NCBI GenBank assembly: GCA_013178015.1
Contig: JABLXR010000031.1
Span: 21,108 to 85,107 of the forward strand
Source: Anaerolineae bacterium
Lineage (GTDB): Bacteria > Chloroflexota > Anaerolineae > DRVO01
Reading direction: 5' to 3'
Length of the DNA stretch: 64,000 nt
A program made the position numbers and the translations under genes. Positions within the stretch are counted from its first letter, which is position 1; each line of letters begins with the position of its first letter. The notes under the pieces were generated by a model. That model searched no databases and was not told where the DNA came from. It saw only the letters and a list, made by a program, of their open reading frames with translations. Shown here in pieces: positions 55,599 through 64,000 of the stretch.

Positions 55599-57194
55599 CT
55601 ATCCACAACCCGAAACCGACTTGGGCGTGTCGGCCTCCCCAGCGCCCTGCCTGCGGGCCGCCAGAAGCTTGTTCAGCGCGCTGACGTAGGCCTTGGCACT
55701 GGCGACGATGATATCGGTGTCGGCGCCTCGGCCGCTGTACACCCGCTGCCGCTTGCCTCCGTCGGCTCCCGGCACGTCAGCCTGTATGCGGATGGTCACC
55801 CGGCCTACCGCATCAATGCCTTCGGTCACCGACTGCACCGTGAACTCGATCAGCTCGTTCTCCTCTCGGACGATGCGGTTGATGGCGCGGTAGACGGCGT
55901 CGACCGGCCCGGTGCCCAAGTCGGCGTCCTGCAGCGTGCCCGAGGGCCCGCTCAGGCGCACGGTGGCGGTGGGGATGCTGTGGTCACCACAGGTAACCTG
56001 CACCTGCTCCAGCCTGTAGGTCTCCTCAGGGTGATAGAGCTCATCCTCGATCAGGGCCTCGATGTCCGCATCGCCCACCGCCTTCTTCTTGTCCGAAAGC
56101 TCCTTGAAGCGGGCGAATACCTGGTCCACCTGAGGGTCACTGAGGTCGTACCCCATCTGCCGCAGGTGCGCCTTGAAGGCATTCCGCCCCGAGTGCTTGC
56201 CTAGCACCAGGGTACTCTGGCCCAACCCTACCGACTCCGGCGTCATGATCTCGTACGTCATGCGGTTGCGAAGGTAGCCAGCCTGGTGAATGCCGGACTC
56301 GTGGGCAAAGGCATTGGCTCCCACGATCGCCTTGTTGGGCTGCACCCGGAATCCGGTGTAGCGGGAGACCATTTGGCTGGTTATGTGAATCTGTTCCGTT
56401 ATCACATCGGTGTGGCAGTTGAACTCGGTGGGGCGAGTTCGCAGAGCCATCACGATCTCTTCCAGGGCCGCGTTCCCTGCCCGTTCGCCAATGCCGTTCA
56501 CCGTGCACTCGACCTGCCTTGCCCCGGCTTTCACCGCCATTAGCGAGTTGGCAGTCGCCAGCCCGAGGTCGTTATGGCAGTGCACCGATATGATGCACCG
56601 GTCTATCCCCCGGACGCTCTCGCGTATCCCCCTTATTAGGGCCGCAAACTCGTCAGGCATGCAGTACCCAGTGGTGTCGGGGATGTTGAGGGTAGTGGCT
56701 CCCTCCTCGATCACCGCCTCCAGCACCTGGTAGAGGTACTCCGGGTCGGAACGCCCGGCGTCCTCGGGAGAGAACTCCACATCCTCACACAGCGAACGAG
56801 CGTATGCTACCATCTCGCGCGCCGTCCTCAGCGCCTGCTCCCGAGTCATCCGGAGCTTGTGCTCCAGATGAATGTCCGAGGTCCCGATGAAAGTGTGGAT
56901 CCGAGGCCGCGCGGCATGACGGACCGCCTCCCAGGCGCGGTCTATGTCGCCCCTGAGCGTGCGCGCCAAGCCGCAGATCACCGGGCCTTCCACTTCCACC
57001 GCGACCTGCCGCACTGCGGCCAGGTCCCCGGGCGAGGCTGCCGGGAACCCGGCCTCGATTATGTCGACATTCAGACGCGCCAGCTGTTTGGCAACGTCCA
57101 GCTTCTCCTCGATGGTCATGGTGGCGCCCGGTGACTGCTCACCATCCCTGAGGGTGGTGTCGAAGATGACTACCTTCTCGCTGTCTGTACCCAC
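55599..57194 (-). CDS. leuA: 2-isopropylmalate synthase
   Basis: 531 aa. [30 protein letters not shown]…HCHNDLGLA…. Confidence 0.9.
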   Translation of the reverse strand: MGTDSEKVVIFDTTLRDGEQSPGATMTIEEKLDVAKQLARLNVDIIEAGFPAASPGDLAAVRQVAVEVEGPVICGLARTLRGDIDRAWEAVRHAARPRIHTFIGTSDIHLEHKLRMTREQALRTAREMVAYARSLCEDVEFSPEDAGRSDPEYLYQVLEAVIEEGATTLNIPDTTGYCMPDEFAALIRGIRESVRGIDRCIISVHCHNDLGLATANSLMAVKAGARQVECTVNGIGERAGNAALEEIVMALRTRPTEFNCHTDVITEQIHITSQMVSRYTGFRVQPNKAIVGANAFAHESGIHQAGYLRNRMTYEIMTPESVGLGQSTLVLGKHSGRNAFKAHLRQMGYDLSDPQVDQVFARFKELSDKKKAVGDADIEALIEDELYHPEETYRLEQVQVTCGDHSIPTATVRLSGPSGTLQDADLGTGPVDAVYRAINRIVREENELIEFTVQSVTEGIDAVGRVTIRIQADVPGADGGKRQRVYSGRGADTDIIVASAKAYVSALNKLLAARRQGAGEADTPKSVSGCG

Positions 57195-57317
57195 TTCCTC
57201 CTCCGGTACTGCCAGAGTTCGTCAGGTCACTGCTGCCGATGTGGCTTCGAGTAAGATCAGCAAGGCCGTCGTCCAGCGACATCACCCCCTTTCCCCAGCG
57301 CCCAGATGACCATCGAG

Positions 57318-58316
57318 CTACTTGCGCTTCTTCAGCCAGGGCATCATAGCTCGGAGCTCCGCCCCGACCCTTTCGATGGGGTGCTCGCGCTCCCGCCGCC
57401 GCATGGCGTTGAAGCTCGGCCGCCCGGCCATGTTCTCCAGTATCCACTCGCGGGCGAACGTGCCATCCCGAATCTCGGCCAGCATGGCCCGCATCTCTTC
57501 CCTCGTCTCCTCGGTGATGACGCGAGGCCCGGCGACATAGTCTCCGTACTCGGCCGTGTCGCTCACCGAGTAGCGCATGTAGCTCAATCCACCCTGGTAC
57601 ATCAGGTCCACAATCAGCTTTAGCTCGTGCAGGCACTCGAAGTAGGCGATCTCTGGCTGATAGCCCGCCTCGAGCAGGGTCTCAAACCCGGCCTTGATCA
57701 GCGCCGTCACCCCACCGCACAGCACCGCCTGCTCCCCAAAGAGGTCCGTCTCCGTCTCCTCAGCGAAGGTGGTCTCTATGACACCGGCCCGAGTACATCC
57801 CAGTCCCTTGGCGTAAGCAAGGGCGTGGGCGCGGGCGCGCCCGCTGTAGTCCTGGTGTACGGCCAGAAGCGCGGGCACCCCGCCGCCCTCGGTATAGACC
57901 TGCCGCATCATGTGGCCGGGGCTCTTCGGTGCCACCATGCTCACATCCACATTCGGAGGCGGGCTGATCTGGCTATAATGGATGTTGAAACCGTGGGCGA
58001 ACATGAGCGTCTTGCCTTCGCTCAGGTTCGGCTCGATGTCCCGCTCGTAGACACTGCGCTGCACCTGGTCCGGAACCAGCATCATGATGGCGTCGGCCTC
58101 GGCCGCTGCAGCGGCCGTCTCCAGCACCCGCAGCCCTGCCTGCTCGGCGTCGGCCCGGGACCGACTGCCAGCATACAGACCCACCCTCACGTCGAGCCCG
58201 CTGTCGCGCAGGTTGAGCGCATGAGCGTGCCCCTGGCTGCCGTAGCCAATCACGGCGATCTTGCGGTCCTTGAGCAGCCCCAGGTCCGCGTCAGCGTCGT
58301 AGAACATAGTGGCCAT
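57318..58316 (-). CDS. ilvC: ketol-acid reductoisomerase
   Basis: 332 aa. [36 protein letters not shown]…. Confidence 0.95.
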   Translation of the reverse strand: MATMFYDADADLGLLKDRKIAVIGYGSQGHAHALNLRDSGLDVRVGLYAGSRSRADAEQAGLRVLETAAAAAEADAIMMLVPDQVQRSVYERDIEPNLSEGKTLMFAHGFNIHYSQISPPPNVDVSMVAPKSPGHMMRQVYTEGGGVPALLAVHQDYSGRARAHALAYAKGLGCTRAGVIETTFAEETETDLFGEQAVLCGGVTALIKAGFETLLEAGYQPEIAYFECLHELKLIVDLMYQGGLSYMRYSVSDTAEYGDYVAGPRVITEETREEMRAMLAEIRDGTFAREWILENMAGRPSFNAMRRREREHPIERVGAELRAMMPWLKKRK

Positions 58317-58356
58317 GAAGTCCCTCCTTGAACGGACGCAAGGTTATCTGATACTG

Positions 58357-58827
58357 CTATCCTCGCGCCAGGGCCAGGATGCCCGTGCGCGTTAGCTCCT
58401 GAACACCGTACGGTCTCAGCAGCTCCAGCAGCGAGTCCACCTTGTCCTCGGTTCCGGTGATCTCGATGATCAAAGACTCGGGCGAGACGTCTACTATGTT
58501 CGAGCGGAAGATGTTGGCCAGTCCGATGACCTCGGAGCGGTTCGCAGGAGTGGCGTGGACCTTCACCAGAGCCAGCTCTCGGCTCACGTTGGCCCCATCC
58601 AGGTCGAACACCTTGGTGACGTTCACCAGCTTGTGCAGCTGCTTGGCCACTTGCTCCAGGGTGCGGTCGTCGCCAGTGACCACCACCGTCATGCGCGATA
58701 TGCCCGGGGTCTCGCTATGTCCGACCGCTAGGCTGTCAATGTTGAACCCCCGGCGGCGAAAGAGATTCGCCACCCGGTTGAGGACCCCCGGCTTGTCTTC
58801 CATCAGAGCTACTATGGTGTGACGCAT
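58357..58827 (-). CDS. ilvN: acetolactate synthase small (regulatory) subunit
   Basis: 156 aa with an ACT domain. MRHTIVALMEDKPGVLNRV…. Confidence 0.9.
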   Translation of the reverse strand: MRHTIVALMEDKPGVLNRVANLFRRRGFNIDSLAVGHSETPGISRMTVVVTGDDRTLEQVAKQLHKLVNVTKVFDLDGANVSRELALVKVHATPANRSEVIGLANIFRSNIVDVSPESLIIEITGTEDKVDSLLELLRPYGVQELTRTGILALARG

Positions 58828-60536
58828 TACGCCCTCTCCTCCACCAGACAGCGCTCCGTAGGTAACGGCCTGCGGATCATCTCGCGAATGGTCTGGCCGG
58901 CTGGCACCATCGGGTACACGTTCTCTTCCCCTTTGACTCGGAACTCGAGCAGGAAGGGTCCGGGCGTGCTGGCAGCTGTGTCTATCGCAGCATCCACCTC
59001 ATCCCTTCGGTCAACTCGCAGGCCCGGCATGCCATACGCCTCGGCTATCTTGCTGAAGTCCGGGCTAGTGATAGCAGTGGCGCTGTAGCGCCGGCGGAAG
59101 AAGATCTCCTGCCACTGGCGCACCATGCCCAGGTATCCATTGTTGAGGACGACGATCTTTATCGGCAGGCGCTCCTGAACGATGGTGCCCAACTGGTTGA
59201 TCGTCATCTGAGCCCCACCGTCTCCCGCCACTACCCAGACCGGCACACCGGGGTTGCCGACCTGAGCCCCGATCGCGGCCGGAATAGCGTACCCCATGGT
59301 GCCCAAGCCGCCCGAGGTGCACAGCCCGCGAGGCCGGTTGTGCTGGTAGTACTGGGCCTCCCACATCTGATTCTGGCCCACATCCGAGACCATAAGCGCC
59401 TGGCCTCCGGTGACTCTGGATATGCGGTCAATCACATATGGGGGTAGGATCTCGTCGCTCTCTCGATTCAGGATGTCGCGCTCTGCCTCTTCCCGCTTCC
59501 ACTCGCGGATCAGCTCCCACCAGGGCTCAAACTCACAAGGCTGAACCAGGGGAACCAACTGCTGCAAGGCGTACTTTGCGTCGCCAACGATGGGCACCGT
59601 GGGCGCCACATTCTTGCCCACCTCAGCCGGGTCCACGTCAATGTGAATGATCTTGGCATTCGGAGCCCAGGCAGAGGGCCTGCCCGTAACCCGATCACTG
59701 AACCGCATGCCCACGGCCAGGATCAAATCGGCCTTGTCAGCCGCCATGTATGCCGAAGCAGCGCCGTGCATCCCGATGAAGCCCAGACTCTGAGGGTCCG
59801 ACTCGGGGAAGCTGCCCAGCCCCAAGAGGGTCATGGCCACTGGAGCCCGGTACTTGCGCGCTAGCTGCGCCAGTTCCTCCCAGGCACCTGCACGATTGAC
59901 GCCGCCTCCCGCGATAATCAGCGGCCGCGCCGCCGCATTCATCAGCTCGGAAGCCGTCTTCAGTTGGCGGGCGTTCGGCCTCACGGTGGGACGATAGCCC
60001 GGCAGGTCAACTCTGTCCGGGTACTCGTAGACGGTCTTGCCCAGGGCCACGTCGCGAGGCAGATCAATGAGCACCGGCCCCGGCCTTCCCGTGCGGGCGA
60101 TGTGAAACGCCTCCTTGATCACCGTGGCCAACTCCTCGACCCGGCCGACCAGGTAGTTGTGCTTGGTGATGGGCAGCGTGATGCCGGTGATGTCAGTCTC
60201 TTGGAAGGCATCCTTGCCCAGCACTGACGTAGCCACCTGGCCCGTGATGGCGACTATGGGGACCGAATCCATGTACGCAGTGGCGATCCCTGTCACTAGG
60301 TTGGTCGCGCCCGGCCCCGATGTGGCCATGCAGACGCCCACCTTGCCCGTGCTCCGAGCGTAGCCGTCCGCCGCATGGGCGGCCCCCTGCTCATGCCGCA
60401 CCAGGATGTGGCGGATCGGGTAGTCCATCATGGTGTCGTATACGTCAATGATCTGGCCGCCAGGGTATCCGAAGACAACCTCCACCCCTTCTCTTAGCAG
60501 CGATTCCCAGACTATCTGTGCACCGGTCAGTTCCAT
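58827..60536 (-). CDS. ilvB: acetolactate synthase large subunit (ThDP-dependent)
   Basis: 569 aa. …GYPGGQIIDVYD…. ThDP motif GDGGAQMTINQL…. Confidence 0.9.
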   Translation of the reverse strand: MELTGAQIVWESLLREGVEVVFGYPGGQIIDVYDTMMDYPIRHILVRHEQGAAHAADGYARSTGKVGVCMATSGPGATNLVTGIATAYMDSVPIVAITGQVATSVLGKDAFQETDITGITLPITKHNYLVGRVEELATVIKEAFHIARTGRPGPVLIDLPRDVALGKTVYEYPDRVDLPGYRPTVRPNARQLKTASELMNAAARPLIIAGGGVNRAGAWEELAQLARKYRAPVAMTLLGLGSFPESDPQSLGFIGMHGAASAYMAADKADLILAVGMRFSDRVTGRPSAWAPNAKIIHIDVDPAEVGKNVAPTVPIVGDAKYALQQLVPLVQPCEFEPWWELIREWKREEAERDILNRESDEILPPYVIDRISRVTGGQALMVSDVGQNQMWEAQYYQHNRPRGLCTSGGLGTMGYAIPAAIGAQVGNPGVPVWVVAGDGGAQMTINQLGTIVQERLPIKIVVLNNGYLGMVRQWQEIFFRRRYSATAITSPDFSKIAEAYGMPGLRVDRRDEVDAAIDTAASTPGPFLLEFRVKGEENVYPMVPAGQTIREMIRRPLPTERCLVEERA

Positions 60537-60555
60537 GGTTGCCTCCTCTGGCCCG

Positions 60556-62232
60556 TCAGTCCTCAGCCAGAACGGCGCCGGTGTTGGCCGACGTGACGAG
60601 CTTCGCGTAACGCCTCAAGTAGCCCCGTTTCACCCGCGGCTCCCACACCGGAAGCTCCGCGAGCCGCCTCCGTATCTCCTCGTCCGCTAGCTCTACCTCG
60701 ATCAGCCCAGCCTCGATGTCCATGGATACTATGTCGCCGTCCCGTAGAGCAGCGATCGGGCCCCGTTCGGCCGCTTCGGGAGAAACGTGCCCCACGGCAG
60801 CCCCCCGAGTGGCACCCGAGAACCGCCCGTCCGTCAGAAGTGCGACCTGCCCGTCTAGTCCCATCCCTGACAGGATCGAAGTGGGAGTCAGCATCTCCCG
60901 CATTCCCGGCCCTCCCTTGGGGCCCTCGTACCGGATCACCAGCACTTCTCCTTTCTCGAACCGACGCGCCAGGAAGGCCCTGGTGGCCTCCTCCTCGCTA
61001 TCGAACACTCGCACCGGACCACGCAGTCTCATGCGGTCGGCGGCTACGGCGGCCTTCTTGATCACTGCTCCCATCGGGGCCAGGTTGCCGAAAAGCACCG
61101 CCAACCCTCCGGTACGGCTGTATGGATCTGCCAGAGGGCGAATCACGGCCGGGTCCTGCACGGCAGCCGCCTGCACCACGGACTCAATCCCACCCGGCGC
61201 CACCACCTTGGCGGACAAGTTCAGCAGCCCGGCGTCTGCCAATCTCCTTTGCACCGCCGGAATCCCGCCTGCCAGGTGTAGCTCCTCCAGTCGGTGCCCG
61301 CCCACCGCCGGGCTCATCTTGGCCAGGTGCGGGGTACGGGCGCTGACCTCATTGACCTGCTCCAGCGAGAGAGGTACCCGGGCCTCCCGGGCTATGGCCA
61401 GCAAGTGCAGCACGGTGTTGGTCGAGCCGCCCAGCGCCATGTCCACGCTCAGGGCATTGGCGAAGGCCGCCGGACTAAGGATGTCCAGAGCCCTCACCCC
61501 CTCCCGGATGAGGTCCATCACCCGCATTCCCGTCCGCCGGGCTAGACCCAGGCGGTCGCCCGACACGGCCGGAACGGTACCATTGCCAGGCAGCGCCATC
61601 CCCAGGGCCTCCGTGAGGCAGTTCATGGTGTTGGCGGTGAACATCCCCGCGCATGACCCGCAACCTGGGCAGGCGGCCCGTTCCAGCCGATCGAGTTCGT
61701 CCTCCGTCATAGCGCCACTCGCGACGGCGCCCACGGCCATGAACACATCATTGAGGTCCACCAGCCGGCCTTCGTGTCGGCCAGCTAGCATGGGCCCACC
61801 GGAGACAATGATGCAGGGCACGTTCAGCCGGGCGGCCGCCATCAGCATGCCCGGCACGATCTTGTCGCAACTGGCCACCAAGACCAGGCCGTCGAACGCG
61901 TGCGCCTCCGCCAAGCTCTCCACCGAGTCCACCACTAGTTCCCGACTGGCCAGGGAGTAGCACATGCCGGCGTGGTTCATAGCGATGCCATCGCAAATGG
62001 CCGGCACATTGACCTCGAAGGGAGTCCCCCCGGCCATGCGTACCCCAGCCTTGACCGCCTCGGCTACCCGGTCCAGGTGTTGATGCCCCGGTATTACTTC
62101 GCTGTAGGAGTTGACCACCCCTACCAGCGGGCGGGCCATCTCCTCGTCGGTGACCCCGAGCGCGCGGAGTAGAGACCGGTGGGGGGCCCGCTCGATTCCT
62201 TTGGTGACGGCGTCGCTACGGCTGGTACCCAT
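60556..62232 (-). CDS. ilvD: dihydroxy-acid dehydratase
   Basis: 558 aa. …[12 protein letters not shown]…. Fe-S ligands in …[17 protein letters not shown]…. Confidence 0.95.
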   Translation of the reverse strand: MGTSRSDAVTKGIERAPHRSLLRALGVTDEEMARPLVGVVNSYSEVIPGHQHLDRVAEAVKAGVRMAGGTPFEVNVPAICDGIAMNHAGMCYSLASRELVVDSVESLAEAHAFDGLVLVASCDKIVPGMLMAAARLNVPCIIVSGGPMLAGRHEGRLVDLNDVFMAVGAVASGAMTEDELDRLERAACPGCGSCAGMFTANTMNCLTEALGMALPGNGTVPAVSGDRLGLARRTGMRVMDLIREGVRALDILSPAAFANALSVDMALGGSTNTVLHLLAIAREARVPLSLEQVNEVSARTPHLAKMSPAVGGHRLEELHLAGGIPAVQRRLADAGLLNLSAKVVAPGGIESVVQAAAVQDPAVIRPLADPYSRTGGLAVLFGNLAPMGAVIKKAAVAADRMRLRGPVRVFDSEEEATRAFLARRFEKGEVLVIRYEGPKGGPGMREMLTPTSILSGMGLDGQVALLTDGRFSGATRGAAVGHVSPEAAERGPIAALRDGDIVSMDIEAGLIEVELADEEIRRRLAELPVWEPRVKRGYLRRYAKLVTSANTGAVLAED

Positions 62233-62526
62233 GTGTCACTCCTGTGCAGTCTGAATGAAAGAGGCGCACTCGCCTCGCCTTCCGGCTGAAGAGTGCGCCC
62301 TCGCTGTGAGGCCCTTCCCTCACGCTCTTCAGAAGAGAGCTCCGCACACAACAAAGAACCTCCCTTGTCGGGAGGTTCGTACGAACTGATCTATGCTACT
62401 TGGCGCTCAGGCCTACTTCCTCCCGACAAGCGGCGACCGCTCCTCAAGTACGAGGAGCACGGTAATTACGAGGAGTAGGCCCTTAGGTTGGCCGGGTGTC
62501 TGGTCCAAATCCCACCTCGGACGAAT
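62233..62526 (-). promoter_or_regulatory. structured 5' leader of the ilv-leu operon (two terminator-like hairpins; candidate attenuator/T-box-like element)
   Basis: The leader is about 290 nt between the predicted promoter and the ilvD ATG. A 13-bp long-range stem GCUUGUCGGGAGG/CCUCCCGACAAGG is followed by UUCUUUGUUGUGUG. A second hairpin GGCGCACUC…GAGUGCGCC followed by UCUUUCAUUC lies about 25 nt before the RBS. Confidence 0.4.
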
Positions 62527-62532
62527 GGCGCC

Positions 62533-62561
62533 ATACTACCACGCCGCGATGGACCTGTCAA
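62533..62561 (-). promoter_or_regulatory. candidate sigma70 promoter (TTGACA-N17-TAGTAT on minus strand) for the ilv-leu operon
   Basis: The reverse complement of 62533-62561 reads TTGACAggtccatcgcggcgtggTAGTAT. Confidence 0.4.
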
Positions 62562-62974
62562 ACGGGCCACAGCTCGAGATTGCGTGGGCCGGTGCCCACC
62601 AGCATAGCCGCTCGGGTGCTTCCCCACGTTCGGCCCACGAGAGCAGTCCCCGACAACCCTGCGGGTATACCCCCCTTCGAGCGTTGCGCGCCCCCACGCG
62701 CGCCCTGCCTCCACCCGAAGACCGTCGCCTTGCCGCCGCCGCCAACCGCGGAGCCTGCTCTGAGAGGCTGCGCGCAGACCGCCTACGCCGCTTCACCCGT
62801 ACTGCTGCCGGGTGAACACACTTGTGCCCTCGTTCGTGAACTCCTGCTCGGACGGAACTTGCGAGCCTCGCCCCCGAGCCGACGGCCGCTACCGGCACGC
62901 AGCCAACTAGGCTATAATCCCTGCTGAAGACCCGGCTTCCACGTCGTTTGCTCCCCTCGTCGAAGGAGAGACTC

Positions 62975-63838
62975 ATGTACACCGTCAGGACCGTCAACGG
63001 GATCCCCTATCGCCTCCTCGGCTCCACTGGCGAAGAGGTCAGTATCATCGGTGTCGGTGGGTTCCATATCGGCCGCTACCGCGACCGGGAGCTGGGGGTG
63101 CGCATTGTACGCACGGCGCTGAACGAAGGCGTCAACTTCCTGGACAACGCCTGGTGCTACAACGATGGGCTGAGCGAGGAGATAATGGGTCTCGCCCTGC
63201 TGGGCGGCTACCGCGACCAGGCTTTCCTCATGACCAAGAACCACGGGAGGGACGCGCCCACGTTCCGCGCCCAGCTGGAGCAGAGCCTGCGAAGGCTCCA
63301 GACCGACAGAATTGACCTTCTCCAGCTTCACGAGATCATTGACGATGGCGTTCCTCAGCGCATTCTCTCCCAAGGCGTCGTAGAGGCCGCGCTGGAGGCC
63401 AAGAAGCAGGGCAAGATCCGTTACGTCGGGTTCACCGGTCATCGCTGGCCCCGACTACTGGAGGAGATGCTCGAGGGGAGCGACATCTGGGACGCGGTCC
63501 AGCTCCCCGTCAACCTGCTGGACCACCACTACCGGAGCTTCGCCCGCTCCCTGATCCCACGCCTGAGCGAAGCCGGCATCGGGATCATCGGGATGAAGAG
63601 CCTTGCCGGAGGCAACTTGCTTCGGGCGGGTGTCTCCGTGCGAGAGGCGATTTCGTACTCGCTATCGCAGGCGGTATCCACCCTGGTCTGCGGCATGGAC
63701 TCCCTTGACGTCCTGGAGCAGAACCTGGCCATAGTGAGAGACTGGCACCCCCTATCGGCCGAAGAGCAGAGCCGGCTCCTCGACCGAGTAGCGCTGGCAG
63801 CAGAGACCGGGCATCTAGAGCACTACAAGACTGGCTAG
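62975..63838 (+). CDS. aldo/keto reductase
   Basis: The ATG at 62975 follows GAAGGAGAG. …IIGVGGFHIGRY…, NAWCYNDGLSEEIMG and the AKR catalytic tetrad region are present. Confidence 0.85.
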   Translation: MYTVRTVNGIPYRLLGSTGEEVSIIGVGGFHIGRYRDRELGVRIVRTALNEGVNFLDNAWCYNDGLSEEIMGLALLGGYRDQAFLMTKNHGRDAPTFRAQLEQSLRRLQTDRIDLLQLHEIIDDGVPQRILSQGVVEAALEAKKQGKIRYVGFTGHRWPRLLEEMLEGSDIWDAVQLPVNLLDHHYRSFARSLIPRLSEAGIGIIGMKSLAGGNLLRAGVSVREAISYSLSQAVSTLVCGMDSLDVLEQNLAIVRDWHPLSAEEQSRLLDRVALAAETGHLEHYKTG

Positions 63839-64000
63839 CGTGGGCAGGCTTCTCCCTCTGTCGAAAGGGGGCCAGCCTGCGCTGGCCTCCCAGGCTTCGG
63901 CCCAGCCCGCGTGGCCACCTCTTCAGCACCGCGCAGGCGCTCACGGGGAGCCATTAACCCATCCCACGGCCGGTTCAGTGGAGGAGAAGATGAGACAGCG

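Noticed and set aside
62233-62526. Definite T-box riboswitch assignment for the ilvD leader
   Set aside because: The conserved T-box antiterminator sequence and a specifier-loop context could not be identified by eye. Only generic hairpin and U-tract features are visible.
1-64000. CRISPR arrays, rRNA and tRNA genes
   Set aside because: No regularly spaced direct repeats with unique spacers were seen. No tRNA cloverleaf-like conserved stretches and no rRNA-like segments were noticed on visual inspection. A tRNAscan/Infernal run would be needed to exclude small RNAs.

Overview
The window is a 64 kb high-GC (about 68 %) chromosomal segment from a bacterium, possibly Chloroflexota/Thermomicrobia-like or another high-GC Terrabacteria lineage. 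The lineage is a guess from gene content only. Coding density is high, and the six-frame track contains many antisense and overlapping ORFs that are GC artefacts. Several real genes were trimmed to internal ATG/GTG/TTG starts that sit behind GGAGG-type ribosome-binding sites and just after the stop of the upstream gene.

Gene content, start to end:
- 1-4.0 kb: a caa3-type cytochrome c oxidase operon (subunit II fused to a c-type haem domain, then subunits I, III and a probable subunit IV) followed by an extra cytochrome c lipoprotein.
- 4.0-4.7 kb: a LysM protein with a Pro/Thr-rich linker.
- 4.7-15.2 kb: a long minus-strand run of metabolic genes (SDR, family III CoA-transferase, enoyl-CoA hydratase, RmlC-like cupin, SAM methyltransferase, phosphopentomutase, sugar-phosphate isomerase, GlmU-like nucleotidyltransferase, DUF350, HtrA protease, Gfo/Idh/MocA oxidoreductase).
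- 15.4-19.3 kb: endonuclease III, a 2-hydroxyacid dehydrogenase, two tandem DUF881 paralogs and a lipoprotein.
- 19.4-26.9 kb: an accessory-looking island, described below.
- 26.9-30.7 kb: PHP phosphoesterase, xylulokinase, a cupin and a DUF554 membrane protein.
- 30.9-33.6 kb: an encapsulin nanocompartment operon. A tandem ferritin-like cargo protein carries a C-terminal TVGSLK targeting tag, followed by the shell protein and a second ferritin-like protein.
- 33.6-35.4 kb: endonuclease IV and a RodZ-like protein.
- 36.0-40.2 kb: a four-carbon acid-sugar (tetronate-type) kinase cluster.
- 40.2-41.6 kb: an MBL-fold/rhodanese fusion protein.
- 41.9-45.4 kb: a roughly 3.5 kb stretch of decayed mobile DNA (frameshifted IS630-family transposase, IS4-like fragment, about 90 bp hairpin-containing tandem repeats) with one intact GYD-domain gene inside it.
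- 45.6-47.7 kb: rplU, rpmA and rpmE behind a perfect sigma70-consensus promoter, then a DUF1385 gene.
- 47.6-62.2 kb: a 14.6 kb minus-strand branched-chain amino acid supraoperon (ilvD-ilvB-ilvN-ilvC-leuA-leuC-asd-thrC-leuD-leuB-ilvE-cimA) with a roughly 290 nt structured leader and divergent promoter.
- 62.9-63.8 kb: an aldo/keto reductase.

The most interesting region is the 19.4-26.9 kb island. It begins with a radical SAM/SPASM enzyme and an Fmt-like formyltransferase. Next come three tandem 14-16 bp palindromes (TTGCCG-GATC-CGGCAA) and a truncated serine-recombinase gene. They are followed by a four-gene operon whose architecture matches the ComQXPA quorum-sensing module: a 96-aa precursor peptide with three 16-residue Trp-containing tandem repeats, a polyprenyl-synthase-like ComQ-type protein, a multi-TM HisKA_3 histidine kinase, and a NarL/LuxR-family response regulator. 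The palindromes have the same 6-N4-6 geometry as the B. subtilis ComA box. No CRISPR arrays, rRNA or tRNA genes were seen.
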